The position numbers and the translations under genes are program-made. A stretch of 64,000 nt of DNA, taken from Candidatus Latescibacterota bacterium. Its GTDB lineage: Bacteria > Latescibacterota > UBA2968 > GCA-2709665. The notes under the pieces were generated by a model that saw only the letters and a program-made list of their open reading frames with translations, was not told the DNA's origin and did not search any database. How positions within the stretch are numbered: the first letter of the stretch is position 1; each line of letters begins with the position of its first letter. The DNA is taken from contig OZ242180.1 of NCBI GenBank assembly GCA_965205485.1, positions 3,104,001 through 3,168,000 of the forward strand, in the 5' to 3' direction. Below are positions 8,964-19,042 of this stretch, piece by piece.

Positions 8964-10313
8964 ATGGACATGAAGGAGTTCACGGTTGCCAGGATGCGCG
9001 CTGACGCGGCGTCGATCTTCGAATCGGCAGTGGCTGCCGTGGACGCGCAGGCGTGCCTGAAGCGTTTCGTGAAACTGGATGGACGGACGCTTCGGATCGG
9101 AGGCGTGGACTACAACCTGGATTCATTCGAGAGGGTGCTCGTCGTTGGCACCGGAAAGGCTTCTCCGCGGATGGGTGTCGCGCTGGAGGCGGAGCTGGGC
9201 GACCGTATTTCAGACGGGATCATCAATACCAAGTACGGGCACGCGGAACCCCTGGACCGGGTACGCATCGTTGAGTGCGGCCATCCGGTTCCAGATGAGG
9301 CGGGTGTCGAGGGTACGGGGGAAATCCTCGCCGCCCTCGACGGGGCTGACGACCGAACGCTCGTGATCTGCCTGATTTCGGGCGGGGGGTCGGCGCTGAT
9401 GCCGGCGCCGGCCGAGGGAATATCGCTGCAGGAGAAACAGGACACGACCCGGCTGCTTCTCGAATGCGGCGCCAATATCGTGGAGTTGAATGCGGTCCGG
9501 AAACATCTTTCCCGCGTCAAGGGCGGGGGTCTCGCCCGTGCGGCGTTTCCGGCCACGGTCGTGTCTCTCATGTTGTCGGACGTCATCGGCGATCCGATGG
9601 ACGTGATCGCGTCGGGTCCAACGGTGCCCGACACGTCCACGTTCAGAACCTGCGCGGAGATATTTCAAAAATACGAGGTATCGAATCGCCTCCCGGAAGC
9701 GGTTCGGGCGCGATTCGAAGCAGGTTCGGCCGGAGAGATTCCGGAAACGCCGAAACCTGGAGACGCCGTGCTGGACAGATGTCACAACGTCATCGTCGGC
9801 AGCAACGGCCTGGCGGTGGCCGCTGCGGCGGACCGGGCCCGGGGACTGGGTTACAATACGCTGGTGTTGTCCACGCGCCTGGAGGGCGAGGCCCGAGAGG
9901 TGGCACACGTCTATTCGGCAATCGGTAAGGAGATTCTCACGTCGCGTGTGCCTGTAGCGGCTCCTGCATGCGTGATTGCGGGCGGCGAGACGACCGTTAC
10001 CGTTCGGGGCAGCGGCAAGGGAGGGCGAAATCAGGAACTGGTGCTCGCGGGCTCGATGCATCTGTCCGGATGGGAGGGGACGGTGCTGTTCAGCGGCGGG
10101 ACGGATGGAACCGACGGCCCGACGGACGCGGCCGGGGCGATTGCGGATGCCGAAACGATCAAGCGCGCGGAATCAGCGGGGCTTTCTGCGATCGAATCCT
10201 TGAAGAACAACGACGCGTACCACTTCTTCAAGCCGCTGGGCGACCTGGTGATGACCGGTCCCACGGGAACCAACGTCGCCGACGTGGCGTTCGTCATGGT
10301 CGGCGCGGCGTAG
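8964..10313 (+). CDS. Glycerate kinase type 2 (MOFRL family, glycerate 2-kinase)
   Basis: GKA, GHPVPD, LISGGGSAL, RKHLSRVKGG, GGETTV, GGRNQE, TDGTDG, TGPTGTNVAD. Confidence 0.92.
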   Translation: MDMKEFTVARMRADAASIFESAVAAVDAQACLKRFVKLDGRTLRIGGVDYNLDSFERVLVVGTGKASPRMGVALEAELGDRISDGIINTKYGHAEPLDRVRIVECGHPVPDEAGVEGTGEILAALDGADDRTLVICLISGGGSALMPAPAEGISLQEKQDTTRLLLECGANIVELNAVRKHLSRVKGGGLARAAFPATVVSLMLSDVIGDPMDVIASGPTVPDTSTFRTCAEIFQKYEVSNRLPEAVRARFEAGSAGEIPETPKPGDAVLDRCHNVIVGSNGLAVAAAADRARGLGYNTLVLSTRLEGEAREVAHVYSAIGKEILTSRVPVAAPACVIAGGETTVTVRGSGKGGRNQELVLAGSMHLSGWEGTVLFSGGTDGTDGPTDAAGAIADAETIKRAESAGLSAIESLKNNDAYHFFKPLGDLVMTGPTGTNVADVAFVMVGAA

Positions 10314-10390
10314 GCGGTTGAAACGCCACCAGGCAGGGGGCGGGAATGCGAAACGCGTATGCTCAGCCTCTTTTCGGGGCCCGAATGGCT

Positions 10391-11278
10391 TCAGGTCTCG
10401 GTATTGACAATGGCGACGCCGATCCCGACCAGCAGGACGCTGATGAGAAGCGTCGCCGAGATGACCTCGCCCAGCAGCAGGTCGCTGAACACGACGCCCA
10501 CGACGGGCGTAACGAAACCGAACGCCCCGAGGCGACTGGCTCTGTAGCGTCTCAGGAGCGTTACGGATACCAGAAAACAGAACCCGGCAACCACGAGACC
10601 CTGGTAGAAGATCGCACCGACGACGCCCGGATTGATAACGGTGGTATTCAGGTCCTCCAGCAGGGCGCTCAGCAGAATGAACATCGGCAGGCTGAGCGCG
10701 GCCTGCCATAACAGAAGACGGGCGGGATGGATGTATTGGGTCAGCTTCTTGGTATAGACCTGCCGGGCTCCAAGCAGCAGACCGCTCATCAGAACCATCA
10801 CGTCTCCCGGCAGATAGCCCTGGCGTCCACCGGTCAGACTGTCGACAAACACGAGTACGACACCCGCAAAAGACAGGGTCATTCCAGCGATCTTGAGGCC
10901 GCTCAGACGGTCTCCGGGCATGAACAGGTGGGCGAAGACGGCTGTAAAAAACGGATACGTGGAAATAAAGACGGTCGACCGGCCGGCCGTCGTGATATTC
11001 GTGCCGGCGTTGAGCAGATAGATTTGCGCGACAAAAAGCAGGACCAGCTGAAACAGACCACGTCTTTCGCCGGGTCCGGGCCGGAGCGGGACGCCGGAGA
11101 AGAACGTCCACGGGATTACAGCCAGCCCGCCCAGCAGAAAACGGGCGGCCGCCAGCGCAAGCGGAGGCAGGCCGTCCAGAGCGATCTTAATGGCGATGGA
11201 GTTGCCGCCCCACAGGATGGCGGTAAGCAGGGCGAGGCTGCCGGCCTGAAGGGTCAGGCGTTCGTTGAGCACGTTCAC
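10391..11278 (-). CDS. DMT/EamA family transporter
   Basis: About 10 hydrophobic segments, LWG...IKIAL...PPLALAAARF; GTG start overlaps upstream TGA. Confidence 0.85.
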   Translation of the reverse strand: MNVLNERLTLQAGSLALLTAILWGGNSIAIKIALDGLPPLALAAARFLLGGLAVIPWTFFSGVPLRPGPGERRGLFQLVLLFVAQIYLLNAGTNITTAGRSTVFISTYPFFTAVFAHLFMPGDRLSGLKIAGMTLSFAGVVLVFVDSLTGGRQGYLPGDVMVLMSGLLLGARQVYTKKLTQYIHPARLLLWQAALSLPMFILLSALLEDLNTTVINPGVVGAIFYQGLVVAGFCFLVSVTLLRRYRASRLGAFGFVTPVVGVVFSDLLLGEVISATLLISVLLVGIGVAIVNTET

Positions 11279-11898
11279 GGCGCCGGCGTCCGATCGGCGG
11301 GGAAGCACCGGCGCACGAAGACGTATCCAACGCCCAGCGGCACAAGAAACCACGCCGGTTGCAGCGTGCCCGTTACTATGCCTGCCTGTCCGATCACCCC
11401 ACACAGGATCAGGACGTTGCAGGCGTGAGCCGGCGCGGGTGGAGCGCTGGAGACGCCTATCTTATCGAGGAGACGATCGAACCGCGGGGGACGGACGCTC
11501 TTGAGGTGGTTTCCCGCAAGGATGGCGGCGAGTGAGAGCAGGCCGGGAAAGAGGTTCGCGCCGCGGTCAATCCAACCGAGGCCGATGCCCAGCAACAGGA
11601 GATGGCTGTATCCGAACAGGAGGACCGCGCCGTTTCGGAATGGATCGTAGAGGCCGATATCCTTCAATTGGCGCACGCGGTTCCTGTCAACATACGGGAT
11701 CAGACGAAAGAAGATATATACGAGGGTCATTGCGCCGGGATGCAGAAAAACGCCCATGCGTTTATTCAGCTCGGCGTCGATCCGTCCGAACGCGTTCCAG
11801 TGTACGGGTATCCGTTCCGGAAGATGGTCGTAGGCCAGATAGCTCGCCAGAAGGGCGAGCAGGATGCCGGCAATGGGATCCCGGTGAAGGATGCTCAT
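11275..11898 (-). CDS. DUF1648/SdpI-like membrane protein
   Basis: LPERIPVHWNAFGRID motif, several TM helices. Confidence 0.75.
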   Translation of the reverse strand: MSILHRDPIAGILLALLASYLAYDHLPERIPVHWNAFGRIDAELNKRMGVFLHPGAMTLVYIFFRLIPYVDRNRVRQLKDIGLYDPFRNGAVLLFGYSHLLLLGIGLGWIDRGANLFPGLLSLAAILAGNHLKSVRPPRFDRLLDKIGVSSAPPAPAHACNVLILCGVIGQAGIVTGTLQPAWFLVPLGVGYVFVRRCFPADRTPAP

Positions 11899-12190
11899 GC
11901 AGGGAGAACCGTGGATCGGGGGCGTGGTCGTCGCGGGCCGGTAATTCCGCTCGGAAGTCGCATTGGCGGCCCGGACCTTATCGTCGATGCGAGATTGAAG
12001 CGTCGGCGCGCAGCGCGGCTTGTGTACCTGAAAAACGCTGCCCGCCGCAACGTGCCGGGCGGATCGAAGACCTCGGCATAATAAAGGGATTCCAGCAACA
12101 TGTCAAGGTATTCGAGGGCGAACGGAACGGGAGCGATTCGTCGTGGTCGGGAAGAAGCTTCGAAATTACTCTTCAAATGGAGGCGGTCGG

Positions 12191-13822
12191 TTGAAACGGA
12201 CGATTGCTGTAGCGTTTTGCCTGGTTCTCTGGTGTGAGGACGCAACTTCCAGGGACTTCCTGGCGGAGATCGGCGCGCATGGTGCTCACGGACGAGCCGA
12301 TTCCGCGCTGGTAACGGCTCAACTTTTCGCAAAGACATTTCCTGACAGTGCGAACGCTCACGGCGTCCTCGGCATGGTGTACGCGCAATTGGGACAGCCG
12401 GAAGGCGCAATCGATGCCTTTGAGACGGCGATCGAGCGAGGGCCGAGTCTTGAAGCACCGTACGACGCGCTGTTCAGGATTCATGCGCAACTCAACAGGG
12501 GTCGCGAGGCGCTGGACGTATTGAACCGGGGAATCGCGCAGATTCCGAATTCCGTGCTTCTGCTGATGGACAGGGCGATACTCTATCAGGAGGCCGGTAA
12601 TCCCGGGCTGGCGATTCAGGACCTCAGGGCCGCGATTTCGCTGGATCCCGGAAAGATAGAAGCCTACCAATCCCTGGCAGGATTGCACGTCGCGCTGAAG
12701 GACCCCGATAAAGCGCTTTCGGCTTTCGAAGAGGGACTGAAGAACAACCCTGAAAGCGTGGTTCTGATGATCAATCAGGGCCAGATCTACGGGGCGTTGG
12801 GGAAACCTCAGGATGCGCATCAGCTGTACGAACGGGCGATATTGGTACTTGAAAAGGAACTCGAGAAGAATCCGAACGATGTTTCCCTGCTGGTGAACAA
12901 GGGCGCCATCTACCATTCGATGCGCCGGACAGGGGAAGCCTTCGCCGCATACCGGCAGGCCGCACTGTTAGCGCCGGACGATCCCGAGGTGCACCGATCC
13001 ATGGGCCAGATGGCGGCTGAGGTGGACTCGCTGGAGGTTGCGCGGAGGGCGTGGGAGAAGGTGTCCCGGTTGGAGCCGAGGGATCTGGATACCCGTTCGG
13101 CACTTGCACGCCTTTATACGGTTCAGCAGAAATGGGACCTCGCGCTGGACGAGTATAGATTGCTCATGGAGATTGCGCCAGAGTCGCAACGCGCGCGCCT
13201 CGAGTACGGTGTCGCGCAGGTCTATCTGCAGAAGGGAGACGTCGCGCAGGCAAAGTCGGCGCTGGAAGCGGCGATCAGTTCAAACCCGAACGTTCTGGAG
13301 CCCTACGGCGATCTTGCCCTGATCTACGCGGGGCAGCAAGACCTGGACTCGGCCCTCGTGGTCTACAACAGAGCTCTGGCGGTGGATTCCACCAACGCCG
13401 GCGTACTCTTCAATATCGGCCTTGCCCGAACCTCGAGGCGGGAGTTCGATCTGGCCAGGCGTGCCTTCGAAAGAGCCGTCGCATACAGCCCGAACGAAGA
13501 AATCGCGGGCGCGGCACAGATGAAAATCGATGAAATCGACGGGATACAGTCCGGAAAGCTCTGGGTGTACCATATTCTCGTGGCAACCGAAGTGGAGGCG
13601 CAGGAAATCCTGAATAAACTCAGGGCGGGCGAGGATTTCCGGGTACTTGCGCGCCAGCATTCCAGCGATTCCTCTGCGGAGACCGGTGGCGATCTGGGAT
13701 TTTTTTCACCGGGCGATCTGAATCCGGCGTTCGAGGAGGCGGTGCTGAAGTTGCGGGTGGGTGAGACCAGCGGGGTCGTTCAGACACCCCTGGGATATCA
13801 CATTATCAGGCGGCTGAACTGA
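12191..13822 (+). CDS. TPR-repeat protein with C-terminal parvulin/rotamase PPIase domain
   Basis: TTG after GGAGG, signal-like N-terminus, many TPRs, HILV...FRVLARQHSSD...GGDLGFF...FEEAV...TPLGYHII. Confidence 0.88.
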   Translation: MKRTIAVAFCLVLWCEDATSRDFLAEIGAHGAHGRADSALVTAQLFAKTFPDSANAHGVLGMVYAQLGQPEGAIDAFETAIERGPSLEAPYDALFRIHAQLNRGREALDVLNRGIAQIPNSVLLLMDRAILYQEAGNPGLAIQDLRAAISLDPGKIEAYQSLAGLHVALKDPDKALSAFEEGLKNNPESVVLMINQGQIYGALGKPQDAHQLYERAILVLEKELEKNPNDVSLLVNKGAIYHSMRRTGEAFAAYRQAALLAPDDPEVHRSMGQMAAEVDSLEVARRAWEKVSRLEPRDLDTRSALARLYTVQQKWDLALDEYRLLMEIAPESQRARLEYGVAQVYLQKGDVAQAKSALEAAISSNPNVLEPYGDLALIYAGQQDLDSALVVYNRALAVDSTNAGVLFNIGLARTSRREFDLARRAFERAVAYSPNEEIAGAAQMKIDEIDGIQSGKLWVYHILVATEVEAQEILNKLRAGEDFRVLARQHSSDSSAETGGDLGFFSPGDLNPAFEEAVLKLRVGETSGVVQTPLGYHIIRRLN

Positions 13823-15078
13823 TGACCGGACGTTTTGCCGGAATGGGCGACGAGGCCTGTGTATCGTCGCCCGTTCTGTACCCGGGGAAGCAAGCCAGAA
13901 AGATCAAGGTGCTTTTTCTGACGGGCTGTACGGGGCGCGGAGGGGCCGGGAACAGTCTTTTTTACCTGCTGAAACATCTCGATCCTGCCGTACTCGAGCC
14001 ACTCGTCGTCATGCCCAACGAAGGCGTGCTGAAACGCAGGCTCGAGGAGATACGCGTCCCATACCGTATCGAACCCAGGTTGAAGGAGCGTCTGGCGGAG
14101 ATGCGGTTCCGGGGCCGCAACCGCCTCTGCAGAATGGCGTCGGTGGTTCTGAACGCGATCGACGGCATTCGGTTTACGATCCATCTGGTTCGTGTGGTCG
14201 CCCGGGAGAATGTAGGACTGATTTATTGCAACCAGATGATGGTGAAGTTGATGGGCACGGTGGCCGGTATGGTGTGCGGCACTCCGGTCATCTGGCACTG
14301 CCGCACCCTTTACGGAAAGACCTTCAGAGGATGGTTTTTCGACAGGCTCGCTCGGTCTGCGAGTGTGGCGAGAATTGTCGCCGTATCCGAGGCGTGCGCA
14401 GGGAATTTCCCGTCGGCAAGGGAAAAGGTCCGCGTTGTGTACAACGGCGCGGACCTGGACAGTTTCAATCCGGATTCCGTTCAGGGGTGTGTGCGCAGGA
14501 TGTACCGAATCGGACCGGACGAAATGGTTTTGGGATTCGTCGGGCGAATCGTGGAGTGGAAGGGTATCGACACCCTGTTGTCGGCGATGAAACGTGTGCT
14601 GGCGAAACGCAAGGACGTGGTTCTGGTGGTTGTTGGCGGGAGCCCGAATCGGTCGTTGAATCTCCTGGACCGCTATCGCCGCGAGGCGGCCAACGGACGT
14701 TATTCGGGACGGGTCCTGTTTACGGGATTCCGGACCGATGTCCGACCGTATTTGAAGGATATGGACCTCACGCTTGTACCATCCGTAGCGCCCGACCCCT
14801 GTCCCAGAAGCGTTATCGAATCACTGGCGCTTGGAACTCCGGTGGTCGGGTCTGCAACTGGCGGTGTCCCGGAGCTGATCAGGGATGGTTACAACGGATT
14901 CCTGGTGAAGCCCAACGACGCGTCCGGTCTTGCGGATACCATCCTCAGGGTGATCGAGAACAGGGAGTTGCGAAGGCGAATGGGTTCGGCCGCGCGCGTT
15001 TCGGCGGTTCAACGGCACGATGCTGTCGAAGTCGCACGCCGTGTGCAGACCATTATATTCGAAGCATTGCGGGACTAA
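13822..15078 (+). CDS. Glycosyltransferase family 4
   Basis: GGAG N-terminal loop, VGRIVEWKG, DPCPRSVIE (D/E-x7-E), GGVPELI; overlaps upstream stop. Confidence 0.9.
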   Translation: MTGRFAGMGDEACVSSPVLYPGKQARKIKVLFLTGCTGRGGAGNSLFYLLKHLDPAVLEPLVVMPNEGVLKRRLEEIRVPYRIEPRLKERLAEMRFRGRNRLCRMASVVLNAIDGIRFTIHLVRVVARENVGLIYCNQMMVKLMGTVAGMVCGTPVIWHCRTLYGKTFRGWFFDRLARSASVARIVAVSEACAGNFPSAREKVRVVYNGADLDSFNPDSVQGCVRRMYRIGPDEMVLGFVGRIVEWKGIDTLLSAMKRVLAKRKDVVLVVVGGSPNRSLNLLDRYRREAANGRYSGRVLFTGFRTDVRPYLKDMDLTLVPSVAPDPCPRSVIESLALGTPVVGSATGGVPELIRDGYNGFLVKPNDASGLADTILRVIENRELRRRMGSAARVSAVQRHDAVEVARRVQTIIFEALRD

Positions 15079-15150
15079 CGGCGTTTTGTATGTTCACTGT
15101 GTGATGGCACGACTTTCGCTTTTGTTATACTGGTTCGGCAAAGAAAGAAT

Positions 15151-16632
15151 ATGATCCGAAACAAGATCGCATTGATATATCCAAAGGTTGTTCTGCTTTT
15201 TCATTGTAGATCCAGGCGCCGTATGTCCGGGAGGCTGACGGAGAAGGCGTTGCGATTTTTCCACACATGTGGTAAAACTTCACACCTTGCAAGATTTCCC
15301 GTTTCCATAGTCCTGGTCTGTGTTGTCGGGATCGGTATCCGTCCGTGTCATTCCGAATCCGGAAAGCGCCCGTACGATCTTGCCGCGTGCATACGGATGG
15401 CGTTCGCGTCGAGTCCATCCATTCAGGCGGCGGAAGCGGACCTGCAGATCGCTGAGAACAGGCTCATGCTGGTGCATGCCGCGCGATTTCCCAGTATGGA
15501 TTTCACATGGATATTCGGGCCTTCGCCTGAGGCTCGCGGCGACGCGCTTACGGGGGTGAGCAACTGGCGGCGGATGAGTGTGTTTACGAGAACCGAACTG
15601 TCGCTGGTTCAGCCACTCTTCACCTTCGGAAAACTCAAAGCGGCGATAGAAGCGGCATCCGGCGGGATCGGCGCGCAACGCGCGGGACTGACCGGATCCC
15701 GATTCGACCTGGAACAGCAGGTCGCCAGGGCCTACTATCTTCTGCTTCTGGCGAATCAGCTTCGGGAGCTGGCGCATGAGTCCCGGGGGGAAATCGAACG
15801 GGCGAGGCGAACGATCGTCGAAAAGCTGGAAGCCGATACGGGAGATTTTACGTATACGGATCTTCATCGAATCGACAGGTTCGTTTACGACGTGGAGGAA
15901 AACGCAAACAAGGTTGTCAAGAGTCAGGGGCTCGCACGTTCGGCGCTCCGAATGCTCACCGGACTTTCCGATTCCGATTCCGATTCCCTTGTTCTCGCAG
16001 ACGGGAGTCTGAATCCGGTTGACGTTCAGATCCGACCACTTGAATATTATCTGTCGCTTGTCGAGGGACGACCGGATCTGGGTCAGCTTCGTGAAGGGCT
16101 GCGGGTGCGGTCAGCACAGGTGCGCGCCGTCCGAACCGACCTGTTTCCGCAGGTCTTTCTCGCCGGCCGGTTCAAATACGGCTTTGCGCCGAACAGGGAC
16201 CGCCAGCGAAACCCGTTTCTGAAGGACGAGTTCAACGTGACCGAGTTGGGCGCTGTGCTTGGCTTTCGGCAGTCGTTGTCATTCGCGAGTACGAGCGCGA
16301 AGGTGAAGGAAGCCCGTCTGGCCTATGAGAAACTCGGCTATCAGGCTCGGCTGGCGACACAGGGCGCCCGGCTGGAGATCGAAGGCGCCTACCGTTCGCT
16401 CATTGAAGCGCGGGCCAATATCGCGTCGGCCCGGAAAGCCCGCCGGGCAACCAGGCGGTGGTTTGTATCGGCGAGAGACGGTTTCAATGCGGGTCTGGAG
16501 GAGGCGGGAGAGATGGTCGATGCGGTCAAGGAGTACGGCATTATTCGCGCCAAGTACTATCAGGCTGTATTGGAGTTTAATCTGGCCTGGATAGCATTGC
16601 AGCGCGCGACGGGAAATTCGATTCTGGAGTAA
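15151..16632 (+). CDS. TolC family outer membrane efflux protein (start uncertain)
   Basis: Two OEP repeats, QPLFTFGK, VARAYY, FPQVFL, C-terminal LQRATG. Confidence 0.85.
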   Translation: MIRNKIALIYPKVVLLFHCRSRRRMSGRLTEKALRFFHTCGKTSHLARFPVSIVLVCVVGIGIRPCHSESGKRPYDLAACIRMAFASSPSIQAAEADLQIAENRLMLVHAARFPSMDFTWIFGPSPEARGDALTGVSNWRRMSVFTRTELSLVQPLFTFGKLKAAIEAASGGIGAQRAGLTGSRFDLEQQVARAYYLLLLANQLRELAHESRGEIERARRTIVEKLEADTGDFTYTDLHRIDRFVYDVEENANKVVKSQGLARSALRMLTGLSDSDSDSLVLADGSLNPVDVQIRPLEYYLSLVEGRPDLGQLREGLRVRSAQVRAVRTDLFPQVFLAGRFKYGFAPNRDRQRNPFLKDEFNVTELGAVLGFRQSLSFASTSAKVKEARLAYEKLGYQARLATQGARLEIEGAYRSLIEARANIASARKARRATRRWFVSARDGFNAGLEEAGEMVDAVKEYGIIRAKYYQAVLEFNLAWIALQRATGNSILE

Positions 16633-16844
16633 GAAGCTGTTTTAAAATTACCGGTGAGTTCCCGAGCGCGAGCGAAAAAGTGGCGGTTATGAGGCGCGAG
16701 GGGCGCGCAGCGCCGACGGGAGAATCCGCCCATATCCAATGTATCGTGGCTGCGCGCCCCTCGCCACTCTTGGGTGGATTTGACCAACGCCGACCGGCGC
16801 TTTTGCAGCCGCGCGAAGACCGCTGGGAATTTTAAGACAGCTTC
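16633..16844. mobile_element. MITE family C copy 1 (212 bp)
   Basis: TIR GAAGCTGTTTTAAAATT / AATTTTAAGACAGCTTC, flanked by TAA direct repeats (the left one is the TolC stop); homologous to 58337-58498. Confidence 0.88.
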
Positions 16845-16861
16845 TAAGCCGGGAGGGTGTC

Positions 16862-18301
16862 ATGGTAGAAAAGGCGGTGATTATTGCGGCCGGTATGGGC
16901 AGCCGCCTGAACGGACACGGATGTGGCAGGCCGAAGCCGCTGGTTAAAGTGGCCGGCGTGGGGCTGCTGAAGAGGGCCATCCTGACCGCAAGCAGGGCGG
17001 GGATCTCTGAGTTCGCCATTGTCATTGGTTATCGGGGCGATGAGATACGCGAAGCCATCGCAAACGACCCGCAGATCGACGTGAAAATTGATTGGGTTGA
17101 AAACCCGGATTGGAAGCGGGGCAATGGTCTTTCCGTCCTCAAAGCGCGTGATTACGTGGAGGGTACGTTTCTTCTGTTGATGGCGGACCATCTGTTCGAA
17201 CCGAATGTAATCACCCGCATGCGCGGTCTGCTGCTGGGGGCAGGCGAGTCGGCATTGTGCATAGACACCCGGCTGGAACGGATTCAGGACCTGGATGACG
17301 CGACCAAGGTCGTCCTTCAAGGCGACCGGATTCTGAAGATCGGCAAGGCGTTGAGCGAATACGACGCGGTGGATACGGGTATCTTTCTCTGCAGTCAGGC
17401 GCTGTTCGACGGCCTTGAGCTTGCCGTTGCCGGCGGCGACGAGACGCTCTCGGGAGGGGTCCGGGTTGCTGCGTCTCGTGGAAACATGAGGGCGGTTGAC
17501 ATCGATGGCATGTTCTGGCAGGATGTGGATACGCCGGAAGCATTGCGCCAGGGAGAATCGGCATTGTTCGGTCAGCTGGGCAAGCCGACTGACGGAATTG
17601 TGTCGCGGCATTTCAACAGAAGGATATCCGCCTGGATTTCAAGATTCCTGGTAAAGACGCCGGCGACCCCCAACCAGATTTCCGTCGCCGCAATGATGAT
17701 GACCTTTTTGGCCGGCTGGGCGATGGCGCAGGGTAGCTATTTATACATAGCGCTGGGCGGGCTGCTATTTCAATTTGCGTCAGTTGTTGACGGCTGCGAC
17801 GGCGAGATCGCCTCCCTTAAGTTTGCGGGATCCCGCTTCGGGGAATGGTTGGATACGGTCGCGGACAACATTTCCTATCTTGGGTTTTTCGCCGGTGTCA
17901 TATACGGGATGTACAAATTGACGGCTGAACCGGTTGTCATCGCGCTGGGTTTCATCGCCCTTGCTTTGAATGTGCTTGCGGTCCTTCTCATCTGCGTGTA
18001 CCTGAAACAGAGTGGATCCGGAAGCATCGTAAGTTTCAATATGGGTTTTTCAAGCGAAGTACCGGAAGAGCGCCGCGGATACTTGCACCGGGTCTATTGC
18101 GGACTGAAGTTCGCGTGCCGCCGGGACTTCTTCGCCGCACTGTTCTGCGTCCTGGCTGTTCTGAACTTCCTCGAAGCGATTTTCTGGATTTTCGTCCTCG
18201 GGTCCGGCCTGGTCGTGAGCGCCGTTTTCGGATTCATCGGACACATCATGCGGACCCGCACGACGGAAGCCGAGAAGCTGGTTTCGGGAAAGGCGGATTG
18301 A
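16862..18301 (+). CDS. Bifunctional NTP-transferase / CDP-alcohol phosphotransferase (IPCT/DIPPS-like)
   Basis: N-term IAAGMGSRL..PKPL, GNGLS, MADH, DTG, WQDVDTPE; linker DGIVSRHFNRRIS; TPNQIS; DGCDGEIAS...GEWLDTVAD. Confidence 0.85.
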   Translation: MVEKAVIIAAGMGSRLNGHGCGRPKPLVKVAGVGLLKRAILTASRAGISEFAIVIGYRGDEIREAIANDPQIDVKIDWVENPDWKRGNGLSVLKARDYVEGTFLLLMADHLFEPNVITRMRGLLLGAGESALCIDTRLERIQDLDDATKVVLQGDRILKIGKALSEYDAVDTGIFLCSQALFDGLELAVAGGDETLSGGVRVAASRGNMRAVDIDGMFWQDVDTPEALRQGESALFGQLGKPTDGIVSRHFNRRISAWISRFLVKTPATPNQISVAAMMMTFLAGWAMAQGSYLYIALGGLLFQFASVVDGCDGEIASLKFAGSRFGEWLDTVADNISYLGFFAGVIYGMYKLTAEPVVIALGFIALALNVLAVLLICVYLKQSGSGSIVSFNMGFSSEVPEERRGYLHRVYCGLKFACRRDFFAALFCVLAVLNFLEAIFWIFVLGSGLVVSAVFGFIGHIMRTRTTEAEKLVSGKAD

Positions 18302-18415
18302 CAAGAGAGATGCTGCAGGGAAATTTCCGGAAGTAACGAACGGGTATCGAACCGGCCGGAGTGGTGTTCCTGTGCCGGGTCGTTTTGTTTCTGGCCGAAA
18401 AAGGAACTGGATAAA

Positions 18416-19039
18416 ATGAGAATATTGTCGTATATTATTGTGTTTTATGCCCTTGTTGGGTTTTTGGGATATGGCTTCGCCCAGGGTGCGGACCAGGCTG
18501 AACAATTGCTCCGGTCGATGAAGGAACGGGACGGGTCAATAAAGGCAATTGTGAATTCGGAAACTGCGGGAGAAACAGCTGAAGAGCGTGAACAGCTGAG
18601 GGCGATCGTCGAAGGCATGTTCGATTTCCGCCGGTTCGGCAAGGTCGCGTTGGGCCGCCACTGGCAGCGGCGCGACGAGGTTGAACAGGCTGAATTTGCA
18701 GACCTGTGCAGGCGTCTGATCGTCAAGAATTACGCGGACCCGAAGCTGTATACGAAATCCGAGAGAATCGAGTATGTGGGCTCGGAGGTCGACAGCACGG
18801 AAGGCGTTGTCCGGACAATCGTGCATTATAAGGATGAGCAGAGCAACATCGACTACAAGCTCCACCCTGTCAACGGAAAATGGCTGGTTTACGATATGGT
18901 GATTGACGATCTGAGCGTTGCCAGAAATAATCGATCTCAGTTCTACAAGGAGATCCGAAAGTCGTCGTACGAGGGTCTTGTTAAGAAACTCAGAGACAAG
19001 CTGAATGAGGATGAGGCAGACGGGAAAGGGAAGGAATGA
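18416..19039 (+). CDS. MlaC/Ttg2D (HpnM-like) periplasmic lipid-binding protein
   Basis: Signal peptide, FDF...ALGRHW, IDYKL...WLVYDMVIDDLS...RSQF. Confidence 0.85.
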   Translation: MRILSYIIVFYALVGFLGYGFAQGADQAEQLLRSMKERDGSIKAIVNSETAGETAEEREQLRAIVEGMFDFRRFGKVALGRHWQRRDEVEQAEFADLCRRLIVKNYADPKLYTKSERIEYVGSEVDSTEGVVRTIVHYKDEQSNIDYKLHPVNGKWLVYDMVIDDLSVARNNRSQFYKEIRKSSYEGLVKKLRDKLNEDEADGKGKE

Positions 19040-19042
19040 TTC

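Noticed and set aside
15966..15987. TTCCGA tandem repeat in TolC as a phase-variation switch
   Set aside because: The 6-bp unit keeps the frame (SDSDSD) and there are only about 3.5 copies
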